DNA of 63,628 bases, counting the filler. It is 5 parts of 5 records of this genome, joined end to end, with 100 filler letters (N's around TTAATTAATTAA, not from the genome) between each part and the next. Parts side by side here need not be neighbours in the genome. Positions count along the whole stretch, not along the records: positions 1 to 15,069 come from SRR2962707_1583; 4 more parts are not named here. One strand, 5' to 3'. Position 1 is the stretch's first letter. Each line of letters begins with the position of its first letter. Shown in pieces: positions 1 to 12,100 of the stretch. A program made the position numbers and the translations under genes. The notes below the pieces were generated by a model. The model had not been told where the DNA came from and did not search any database. It saw only the letters and a program-made list of their open reading frames with translations.

Positions 1-50
1 GTATGTATGTATGTATGTATGTATGTGAGTGTGTGAGTGTGTGCGTGTGT
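1..50. repeat. (GTAT)n/(GT)n microsatellite at contig start
   Basis: Direct: gtatgtat... then gtgtgt-rich tract. Confidence 0.9.
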
Positions 51-212
51 ATTCATTGTTGATGCACTTTAAGAGGCGCACCCTCGCGCAGGGTCACTCC
101 TGCAACACGTCAAGTTGTCACTTTTGGAGGAGATCCAGCACTGACCAAATAACATGGTCGTAAAAATTGCTCAAAAAGATATCATGCTTGAGAGCTAAGC
201 GGCAAAGTGACC

Positions 213-3042
213 ATGCGAGGTTGGGTCGGTGAGGCGGACCATGAAAGGGCCACCAGCATCGACATCTCTGGCGATGGGGCGGGAAGGGGAGGACGCGACT
301 CGATTTCCTCGGACACTTCGGAGGTGCAAGCGGTCACCAGCCCCTCTTCCACTCAGGTTGAATCTGCCGCGTCTGCTGTTGTAGAGACTGGAGAAAAGCG
401 GAGTGGTACACCGCTCGCAAACAGCGCACTGCGCTCACCGACCACACGCTCGATGGCTCGGCGTGCGTTTTCCTTCATGGGCATCGTTACAGATGTCCCC
501 GATGAGATACCGATGGAGGTGGTGAAGGATGAAGACCGTGTTGATCATGTTGAGAAGATTGACGCGTTTCGATTGTTCATATCGTTTGGAGGACTTTCGA
601 TGGCAACGCTAGGGTCAGGTGCTCCAAGCGTCCTCAAAGTGCGGTTTACGCTCGGCACTGGGTCTCACGCTGTGCACAAAGAAGTGCAAGCTGGGGTGAT
701 GGCCGATGACGTGCTCCTCTGCTCCGAAATCCACGAAATCCATTTCACAGAGGGTGAGCGGCCGGACGATGTGCCGTTCATGGAGCTCGGTAGCCACGGG
801 CCAACGGGCAAAAAATGGCTTGCACAGGTGCTACTGGTTGAAGTCATTGAGCTGTTTCACCCAAAATTTGAAAACGAGAAGCACTGCCGTGGCGCTGGTG
901 GTAATCAGCACGACAAGAGCAGCGGGGTTGGGCCGACGACCGAGAATAATGCTGGTGCAGCTGACCATGGAAACAGTCCACTGCGAGAGACAGAAAAAGT
1001 TCTTGCCGTTTGTCACGTGCCGATTGCTGACCTGATGCTGCAAAAAAATCGACGCAAAGATCAGTGGTTTGTACTTTTGCATCCGGACGCGGAGTTAGCA
1101 GCTGCGGACGAGGAAGCGCTTGATGCAACGCTCGCATGGATGGAGCAAATGCAAGTCATGGAAATGAGTGAGCACCAACTTGGTCCAGATCAACAGGGCA
1201 CGGTTGTAGATGAGCAACGATACCCACCACAACGCCTCGGTTCCGCTTCTTTCTTGGAAGATGACCCAGAAAACTGTGCTAGTTCGAGAGAGACAGTTGA
1301 GAATGTGACGAAAAGTGATCCGTTGATGGGTCTACGGCAGCACCCGCAGGGTGATTCCCGCAATAGTCATGTTGCTGCTGGCCAGGGCCGTGCTTTGCTG
1401 CAACGGCGGCATTCGCTTGAGCGGGCTCACGTCAAAGAGACTCTTCCTGGTGTGTCAAGCCAGGATGTCATTCGGATGTGCGTATCACTGACAGGGAGTG
1501 GTGGGACGTTTCGGTCCACGGTGATCCGAGCTTCACAACGACATTTGCTTTTGGGTGTCTTCACGAACGATCGTTCTGAAATGGTTGAATACCACAAGGC
1601 CAAATTTGTCGATGCAGTGCAGAACCGATTGCACAAGCACCGCAAACGGCGATGGACTCGGTGCATTGTTACTTTCGTGGGGCAAATCGTCTTGATTGTG
1701 ATTGCGGCTCTCTTTCTGTGCCTCGCTGAGTATGACGCTGAACTTAAAGCCGCAACTGAGTGCGTCTGATGTAGCATTGCATGGTTGTGGTTTGCCGATG
1801 TTGGTGCTTGCAGTGCGCTGACACCGCGGTAAATATCGGAAAAACGAGTGGCCTTGGTTTGGCGATGACTTCTGGGTTGTGTGCTTGACAGTTATAGTAA
1901 TACGCTTGAAGCATATGAGAATGCGACGCTGCGACTGGCAGCCAGTGGCAACGTCTCTGTAGCATTTTTGGCGAATATTTCCTCGCTTGTCAATGGTGAA
2001 ATTCTGCGAGTAGATGCCGTGAATTTGAACTGGGACTTTTCTGGAAGCCTCTTTTTCGCGTTTACCATCACCACTGCAATAGGATATGGCAATTACGTAT
2101 GCATGGCAACATCCACATTTACAATGAGCTGTGATTTTTTGCATTGTTGCCGTTGTCTTTCGAGCGCGGTTTGCCAACACGTGTGTCTGCTACGTTATTT
2201 ATAGGTACCCACAGCTGGTTGGGCGAAAGCTTTCACCGCTGTGTATGCTCTTGTTGGAATCTACTTCTACGTGTACACTATTTTTAAAATCACAGAAAGA
2301 GTCATTGCAATGACCAAGTGGATGGCTGGAAAACCTTGGACATGCATGACACAGAAGCAGAGCACTCGGTAGGAGCTCCCAGAACCTGCTCTGCAGTCTG
2401 TTTCCAAAGATTTTTCTGAAAGATGGGCTCTAAAACTCTTTTGTGCTGTCCTCGTTTGCCAGGCGGCGTTTTTTTATCCTGCTGACGGTCGGCAGCTTGC
2501 TCACAATCCTAGGAATTGCTGCGATTTCTCTTCTGATGTTTGGATTTGATTTTTTATCTGCATTCTATTTCGCAGTGATCACCGTGTCGACGACTGGACT
2601 CGGTGATTATGCCCCGGTATTTCAAGCTGCTTGGCCAAGTTGGAGAATGGTCCTGGGCGACGTGTTGTCAATGGTCCCTGCACTTCTTGGCATTGCTGTG
2701 TTCTCTGGCTGGATGGGGGCTTTGCAGTACTACGTGATCTTGTCCACGAATCATGGCCTTGAGGAAGTCGAGCGCATACATACAGAGGCAAAGCAACGAG
2801 CCAGGCGACGCATGTCCATCGCTCAGAAAAAGGTTGTGACACGTGTACGGAAAGCGCATGGCACAACACTGAGCAACCAGCTTGCTTTTTTGTCGAGCAG
2901 CTCTCGAATTTCAACGGAAGCGAAACGCTCCGAGCGGGATGCCTCAACGCGTCATCACATGGCGCGGGTTCGATCTGTGGTTGGTCCCAAACACAATGAG
3001 CGGGCAGCCCTTCCAAAAATTGCGAGGCTCAATAGCTTTTAG
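213..3042 (+). CDS. Two-pore-domain K+ channel (K2P/TWIK-like, 4TM/2P) with long N-terminus containing a C2-like region; about 831 aa
   Basis: Exons 213-1759, 1892-2096, 2205-2368, 2463-3042. Three GT-AG introns (1760-1891, 2097-2204, 2369-2462), all phase-compatible. Pore 1 WDFSGSLFFAFTITTAIGYGNYVP, pore 2 FLSAFYFAVITVSTTGLGDYAP. Further upstream exons cannot be excluded. Confidence 0.85.
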
Positions 3043-3168
3043 ATGGGCTTCGGGTGTAGCCACGAAACACACACAAGAGCCTTAGTTGTTTCTAACAGCT
3101 TATTTATTTGTTTGCCACGTTCTGGCTTTACGCTAAAGTGAAAGCGCAACATTTAGACGGTTTAGCCC

Positions 3169-6100
3169 TTAGCTCATAAACACGCCCGCCTCGGCATCGG
3201 TTTTACTGACGCGTTGAATCCAAAGAAAGCGGCGAAAGCACCCCGAAAACTCGTTGAATTCAATGGTACCATTTTGATCCCAGTCGGTGCGCTGAAACTC
3301 AAAGGCAGTGAAGTATGGAAACCGGCGAGGTCCATACCTAGTCAACATCAAGATATTTTGGCCGACAGGAAACGACGAGGGCAGAAACCGAGTGCGAGGC
3401 GAAAAACAATTAAACATTCGAAAACAACGACACGACTGGCATCACTTTGTTCCAGGCGGCACACAGGCGCACGTACTTGGTCTCGAGGCCCAACATGGAC
3501 AAAGCATCAGACAGTTGCGCAGGAGTCATCGCTCCCTCCGGCTCGTCAATTTCATCGTCATCCTCAAACCCGTCGTACGAACATGGGCTGGCATCGCCAA
3601 TGCCGTCTTTGTCCTTGAGGGCTCGCAGATCTGCCTTCAGCTTATCGCGAGCTGGGGCTCCTACAATGCTTGTAAACGTCAGCCGTGCCATGCTCAATAT
3701 GTCCGAAGACGATCCCTGCCGACACAAGCGAAAAACATAAGCATCACAAAGTGCTTTTTCTCAAATACACGACGTGAACCTCATGGCATTGACTTGAACG
3801 CACAGTCCAAGTCACCAACTCGTCTTGACGCACCTTCACAACGTCATCAAGATTGAGCTCCTCTGCATCTTTCAAACTCAAACGATGGATTTCTTGCAAT
3901 ACCTCCTCGACATTTTCGCCGTTCGCATTCACACGTTCCATTGATGCTCCTCTGGCAACCAGCAGCTTCATCAATCCAAAGTCACCTACGGATGCACGTA
4001 TTCCATGGCATGCTTGATAAAGATTTGTTCTGCACGCAGAGAAAACTACTCGGGCAACGAACTCGATATTCTAACCTAGAAATGCTGCCAATGTGGCAGG
4101 AGTTTCGGAGGCAAGCGGAGGTCCATCAATAGAAGCACCACGTTCCAACAACTCCAACACGATATGTTCATTGCCGTGGCTAACGGCATGTAGTAGCGGG
4201 CATGCGTGGAAAACATCGCCAGCAGCGACTGGGCAAGCGCCATGCTCCAACAACTCCCTGATGCACGACACATGGTTTGCCTTGGTTGCATAAAATAAAG
4301 CCGTTCGTCCTAACAAAGCGGACCCAAACATGTTGAACGAAATCGAAGATACACGGACAAAACAAAAAAAATAGGTCCCCAAACGTGTAGTATGGTCATC
4401 ATTTTGTCTGCTCAAAGGCCACGTACCGTGTGAGTCGACGGCACACGCGTCAATACCATTCACACTATCATACATGTCACTTTCTGGGACGTCCTGACAG
4501 CCCAGTAAGTGTCGCACAACATCAGCAAATCCAAGCCAGGAGGCGCGAATCAGCGGAGTGCTGTGGCAGGGTGCCATGTTTTTGAGCTGTTGCTTAGACA
4601 ACACAGGCGCGGCTTCAGTCGCAGCATCTTCCGTGGTGCCGTCGTCCATATCCGTATTGGTGGTGGCGCTTCCCGCAACCGTTTCGGAAGCTGGCACAGC
4701 ACTTGATATTGCTGTACGTTTAGACACAAGTTTGACAAACCAATCCGTGGGGGTGTTGAGAGTACTTCGACCGGTGCACCGGTTGTGGTATGCCAGGTGC
4801 AGAGTGGAACGAACTTCTGGGTCAAATATGGCCCCGCCGCCCATCCCAGCCCCGCGGAGGGCCAAAGACCGTGATGTTGCCCACTCGGCAGACGCACGTC
4901 GAGAGCGTGCTGACTCAAGGGCAGAAATCATTCTCTCAAGCCGGTCCTCCAATTTTCGTATGCGCCGCAGTTGCTCGCAGACTGCTCGTGTTGCATCATC
5001 AAGGTTTGCGCCATCGCCAAGGTCATCGTGCGATAGAAATCGAATACCGAGCGAGGGCATTGGCTCTTGCTTCGTTTCTTGACTCTCTGAGTCATTCAAG
5101 GAATCCTTGTTCATCCGCGAGGTGTGCGGGTTTGAGTTCCCTTGCCCGTTTTCTTCTTGAGGATCATTGGTGTAACCGTTGAGGGTATCATTGCTGGTGC
5201 CAATATTAACGTTGCCAACTCCAGGCGATGCCTGAGAAACCGAAATGCGCGACAAGGCTACTGCTGCCACCACTCGCTTCGCAACGCTCTGAAAAGTCGG
5301 CCGCTCCCATTGACTTTCGCCGCTTTCAGGGTGATAATAATATTCATACCCGTCCTCATCCAGGTGGGCTTCCCACCCAGGAGCTAGTGTGGTGCCATCC
5401 GCAGTTGTGTTGAGACCCACATGTTCAGTATGGTCGGCGGTAGACGAGCTTCCACGCGCTGTGCGATCAAACTCGCTACCACTCGGCGTGATAGTTGTTG
5501 GGCCAGCGTCAAGCGGCAAAAGTTCTGACGCCTCGTTTCTCGAACTTTTTTGGGCGGAGTATGCATCATCGTTGTCTCCTATGGACGTTCCCTGTTCGAG
5601 CCGATAATGCAGGTCCATACATTGGTCTGCCGTCAGCAGGTGAACATGGCAGTGACCCGGTGCACCGACTTGGAGACGTGGATGTGCCACGCAATCAGCC
5701 ACAATCTTTGCAGCCATTTTCGCCTTAACTTGTGGGAGTCGACCGTCGGCATTGCATCCACGTCCTTCCAGCCACTGTCTAGCCCTGAATATCTTCCACT
5801 TTTCTCGGTCTAGTCGGCGGATGATCCCACCAGACAGTGCTTTTCGGGCGAGTGACAAGCGACGTCTGCGAAAGCACGCATTGGAAGATCACCGTGAGCT
5901 CGAAAGGGCATGCAAAGAATCATACCACACAATTACAAAGTTCAACAATTCGAAATTGAAGAAAACAACACTCACTCATGGCATTGGTTTCGTTGGTGGT
6001 CCAAACGAAGTCGCAATGCATCAGCAGCTGCTGACAAAGCACTAAACTCCTCAGCACCCGCGTCATCGGCCAAGAAAGCGGCAACGGCATTAGGATGGTT

Positions 6101-9100
6101 CGACTCTGCAGCTAAGAAGAGGGCTGTACGTCCATGCTCTACCCATTCGAATTCATCTTGAGCATTTTGAAACACGTTGGGAGCCAGTGAACCGAAGGCA
6201 CTGCTACCTCGGCGTTTCAATTTATGTGATTTGGATGAAGGCTGTTGAACAGCAACCGGAGGAAGAGGTGCAAGAGTTTTCATACCAGGATCCACCACTA
6301 ACGTCTGCAAACGATCAGCGACACGCTGTTTGCTCCCTCGCCGCCGAGAGCTTGGGGTATTCACTGCGCTTGGGAGGGTTACTGCTTGCTGTGCATGCAG
6401 ATGACTCGGGCTGCTCTTGCTCCCGCCTAGCTCAAATACATCGACTAGGAGGTCCACAGCTGGATTGTGACGAAGTAAAGCCTGCACAGCGAGTCCATGG
6501 CCACACCGTGCAGCCATCATCAGAGCTGTTTCTCCACTTTGGTCTCGTCTATTTTTATCATCCGCGTAGTATCGTTGGCGCCGCAGATTCAAGTCAGCCC
6601 CACACTGTGCAAGAGCTCTCACACATTCGGTATGCCCCAGCTCACATGCACGCATCAGCAATGAAACGTCACCACGGCCATCGCCGCCCAAACAAGTAGC
6701 ATCAAACACTCCAAGATCGCATCGAATCCCCTGCTGCAAAATTTCAGCAAAATCGTTCGTCTCCACAGCATTCCAAAGAGCAGCAGCGTTAAACCGTGCA
6801 CCTATTGGTCCTGAAGCCGCCATTTGCGCTGCCACCGCCTCATATACTTGTGCATCAGGATCATTCAACAACTTGCTTGGCAATGGACGATTCGCTGCCT
6901 CGTCTCGCTTAGCGTCGTTTGAATCACGCACGGCGTCCGAGGTCGCCGCTGTGTCATCGTGACAGCCCGAAGCATGTCTTTCGGTGCAGTCTTCGTGCAA
7001 AAGGTCACGTATTTCGCGGCCATGGTCACTGTCTGGTATTAGACGAAGTGGGAAAGGGTGGTAACACATTCCTCCAGAAAGATTTGCATTATCACCATCA
7101 GCCAGGTCGACAGTAGCTTGGGGGTGTTGACTGATTGGCAGTTGCTGTGTCTCTAATTTTCGACGGCGCATTGCTGCCACGGCATGAGGTGCTCGAAACA
7201 CGAACCGTGCCTCGCTAGCATGAAGCAAATGGTGGTGCAGCCAGTGCGCTCGCCGCCGCCACCGCGTGTACCACAGTCGAAAAAGCAAGCGCGTTGAAGG
7301 CATGGGAGCAGTGGCCGCACTTGTCGTCCCTGGCACAGATGGCACACACTTCAACACCCGTGCCTTCGAGTAGAAATCAGGGTCGGCACCTCCCCGACTC
7401 AGGACAGACCATGTTGGTCCCCAAGCCCGCGTTGAGCAAGAACGGAAGCGATACCATTGCAGACTAACCATGTCACCCGCGTAGACCCCGAGGCGACGAC
7501 GCACCCATCCACAACTGCCATCAATGTCGCCATGCGTTGAAGAAGACGGCACCTCGTGTGCGGAATTGCGAGATCTAACGCCGAATGTAGCCCCAGCGGC
7601 GGCCAAATTGCTGCGTGGGGATGCTGCGGCACTACTGTTGCTCGTGCAGGCGCCAATATAGCGTTCAAGTGTTGCTGCAAGGGAGTGGCGATTGTACGAG
7701 GCGAAAACTTTGTTCATCACTGAGCGACGTAGAAGTCGATCCACATCATCAGCTGGTGACCTAAGAGTAAACAAACCAACATCAAACGTGGCAGCCCACG
7801 TTAATAAATCACTTTGAAAAACGAACAACAGTCGGCAGCCATAGCAAGTGCACGTCTCCATAGCCTCACACAGTGTATGCTACGCACTTGACAATCTTTG
7901 TGCGCTCCTGTTGCACTGAACGCTTGAAGGCTATGCTTGCCTCCCGGCCAGCCCGAGCAAATCTCTCAATCTCAGCATGCACCTCGAGATCAGCTTGTGC
8001 TGCATCTTCTGTTGCGAACAATTGCGCATGGGCGTCAACTTTTCTGGCTTCCCAAGCATCGTTATCCAGCTCAGGGTCATACTCAGGGTCATACTCAACT
8101 AGCGACTGGTGATAAGCTATTTTGCTTCGAGCAGCTGCGAGATGGCAGCCATGGCAAGCCTGAAGAATGTCTTCAAGGCTATCACCGTGTCTTGACCGAG
8201 CCGCTTGGTAGTGAAGCACTGGTGGAGGCTGACAATCCAAACGAGCGTCGTTCGCTTTTGAATTCTTCGCCGCCTTTCTTCGTGGAGATCTCGTCGAGTT
8301 AGTAGAAGAGTTTGCATTGGCATGTGCTTGCGCAGCTTCAAAAGCAGCATCTTGAGCATCAACAAGAAGTTTCAAGATCAGAAAGTCGCCAGCCACCGCA
8401 GCAAGCATCGCCTCCGTCAGAAGCCCGGGTCCGGTGACACAACCTTGCGCTGCCCCAGCTTGCAACAGCTGCTGGACGCATCGCGTACTTCCACTTCGTA
8501 CAGCTGCAACTAGTGGAGTTGTCCCATCAAGCGCCATCGTATTCAATGAAGCTCCTCCTTCAAGCAGTAATGCCATTGCGTCTGCATGCCCGTAACGTGC
8601 TGCAAGGTGTAGAGGAGTGAAACCCTCTCCATTCCGCGCGTCAAGATCCAAAACATCAACGATTGATTCGCATGCAAGCATGGCGTCAATCACAGCAACA
8701 TGCCCATGAGCTACTGCAAAATGAAGAGCTGTGTCACCACCCTCCTATGTGAATTCACAAACCGCAAGTTTCGTTTAGGTCTCAAAGAATCAAGCGCGTT
8801 CAACTACTTCGCGCGTACATGCAACGAGAAATGACGTGCCCAGTCCTAACAATGCAACGAAGTAGATCGATCAAATTCAAACATGTGTAACATTGCACGT
8901 TGCCAAACAAACACACTTTTCCTCCGGAATGCTCAAGCTGGCGCATTGCTTCGGTGCGGGTCGAAGACGCAGTGGAGCTCAATGCGTGGAGAATGTGGCC
9001 CGGTCGCCCTGGAGGAACAGAGCTCGCATCTTCAAAAACGTCGTAAACGGGTGTCTTTCGATTCAGGGCTGATATGCGCTGCCCTCCTGGACCTTCCAGC

Positions 9101-12100
9101 AGCAGCGTCATGGCAAATTCATGTCCGTAAATGGCTGCCAAGTGAAAGGCAGTGAATCCTTGCGGAACTGATGGAATAGATTCCCACCATGATCCTGCTT
9201 GAAGACGAACTTCGGTTGTCCCTTCTAGAATCCCCACTCCATCCGGAAGCGGAAAAGCAAGTGGCATCCGCTGTTTTGTTGCAGCTTGCACGACGACAAC
9301 CCGAGTCTCGGACGACGGCGTTGTCGAACTCGTTGAGTTTGATTGCTGACCACCTCCGCTGCTCCTGTGCAGTGACTTGGGAGGACAATGTGCCACAGCG
9401 CTGTCGGCGTTCAACACCACTGACATCGAACCGATATTACCGTCCGCCGCCGCAGCCTCTTTGTCATTTACTTTTTCTGAGCAACGAATGTCTTCGCCGC
9501 TGTGAAAATGTCTGGATGGGCAGTGCTGTGCCACTGCCCCAGAGTCAATCGATGGAACAATGGCATCCAAGCGGGCAATGTCCTTGCGGCGCCAAAGCAA
9601 CTCGCGCTCCTGCTTTGCTCGCAGCGCTTCTTCGATTGCCATCTAGTGTCAGCAACGAAACACCAGGGTTAAAATCATAACAAAAAATGCCAGGGCAAGA
9701 GATCAGTTCCCAACTTTTGAAATTGAGCGACTCGGGAAGGCGGGCCTAATGCTTGCCTGCTTGAGAAGTCGCTGTTCTTCAACCAAGTTACTGGCCAGCC
9801 GCGCTCGCGCTATTGCCTGTATGCGTTGGGCCATCGCGTCCTCGTGTGTCCAGCGCTTCTTTGCTGTCTTTTTGAGTTTCGCATTTCTTTTTCGCTTTGC
9901 TGCAGTCCCTTTCTGTTTTTTCGAGCCTTTTTTGTTACCTTTGTTTTTCCTTTTAGTGCTTGCCTCACCCTTGCCCCCTTTTGACTGCCGTTTGCCACCT
10001 TTCCGAACAGGGCGACGCTTGCTCTTTTTCTTGCCTTTTCGGCCCGGGGACTCAGCTCTGTTAACGTCCTCGCCGTGCATAAGCTCGCGCTCGCGTGCCT
10101 CCTGTGCAGCAGTCTTTGCATTTTCCCGGGCCAAATCAAGCTCCGCGCAATGATCGAGCAGAATCTATTGTCAGATAGCAGTTTTGGTAAGCCACTGTAG
10201 ACGAGCAAGTTTGCTCAAACTTTGAACGACGTGTTGCGGTTGATGCGTACCATCAGCGCGTCGGCATGCCCCCCGCGCGCTGCGAGCATGATCGCTGTTG
10301 CTCCGTCAACAGGACTGATTAAGTGCGGCCGCGCCTTGTGCACAAGCAGCAGTTCCTGCAGCAGGTCAACGTGCCCTAAAGCAGAGGCAATGAGAACTGG
10401 TGATCGACCGCAAAAGTCAAAGACATCCACCGATGTCCCAAATCCCTGAGGCGAGCAACGAAAACGCACAGTGAGAACTCAACAGTTGCGAAATTGAATG
10501 TTCCACCATTCGTAAGGCAATAAATCAAACAAACAAGAAAATTTCGCCTCCTTGTGTGTCACAGACCTCTACAGCGCTCGAAACGTCCTTTGCGGAGTTC
10601 ATAAACACTCCCTGGAGTAATCGAGGCACGTCTCCCGTCAGCTCGCGGCGCACTATGCGTTGCCAAGCCGGGAACTCCCTGGAAATCTTTTCTCGATACG
10701 TCACCGCCTGACCGTACACTGCGGCATCTTCACGTCGTTTAGTTTCCTCATGTTGGGCGATAGCACTCTCTACGCTGCGGGAAAAGGATTCGGCATCACG
10801 AGCACGTCTCTCAGTCTCAAGCTGAACACGGTGTTTTTCAATGTACCTGTCGACATAGGTCGGGCAACGAAGAGAATTTCGCCGTGAATATCGACTCTTC
10901 AACAGCGCATTGCTCTTGAACGCCCAATTTTCTGCGCAACACTCGAAGGCTCACTTGTGAACAAGGTGGCCGCGCATGATGCGTTGAATGCAGGTGGCTG
11001 CTTCATTGCGTTGTCGTAGGCGACTTGCTTCTCGTTGCGCGGCAACACGCGCACGAGTGAGGCGCCGGTCAATCCGGGACTGTATTGTGCCATGTCAAGA
11101 TACACCCGCAGTTACTTCAGAGTCCCACCATTGGCAAAGCTGCGCTCGACAAGAGAAATTGCAGCCGCAAAACGAACATTAATAAACTCTTTCAGGTTAT
11201 GGGCGCGGCGAAACCTGGATATCATTGTTGCAGCAGCAACGCGCTTGGCCTTTCGCTGCCTGTAGGCCTCCAAAACAATGGTCAAGAAATTGCGCCGCCG
11301 AACTGTTTCAAAGTTAACACCCATGACACGATACCTGCGCAAAAACTCGATGAGCCAGCCAGCTGCATCGCAGCGATCGATAATTCGCAAATTCGCAATC
11401 GCACGAACGAACCAATTTTGTAACTTCGTCGCAGCCTGCTTCCTGCGAGAAAGTTCCTTGTAGATCATAGCATTGATCTTGTTCGCCAACAAGGTTGCAC
11501 TGGCTACCTCTTGCGAGTAGAGCGACACGCCAGCTCCAATTGCACACTCGATGGACTGTTATTCAAGGTGCCACGCACAGATGATTTTAAAATAGTGTTG
11601 GGTCCAACAAGAATTCACGCGTCACTGCGGGCAACAAAACGGACTTGCTCCAACAACAAGTATGCAGCTGCATCGACCATCGCTTGTGGGGAGCGACGCT
11701 GCAATCGTTGAACAAGCTCTCGCAACTGTGCGGCGACACGGCGTGTCCACACCAAGTTGGAGGAAGCACGTGTTTGGCGCAAGATGAGAAGGCGCGCCTG
11801 ACCGAGCAAAACAAAAAATCTGAAATCGAATGTGCTACTTATAGCAACTCTGCCAAGCTTTCAAGTCAGTACAATGCTGCTCAAGCGACGAACTTTCTCA
11901 AATACAACAGCATCAGCTTTCGTGTCCAAACTCCAATGCCGTGGGAGGAATTTCCCTGTGTTTGTTGGTAAAATGGGATCAGGACGCACGTCCAATGTCC
12001 AAGCGCGGGCTTCCTCGACCGCAGACTGAAGCTCCGAAGTTTGTTTGGTCACCCGTGCAACTTGAATCGCCTCTAACAGCAAGTGACGCTGTCTAGCCTG

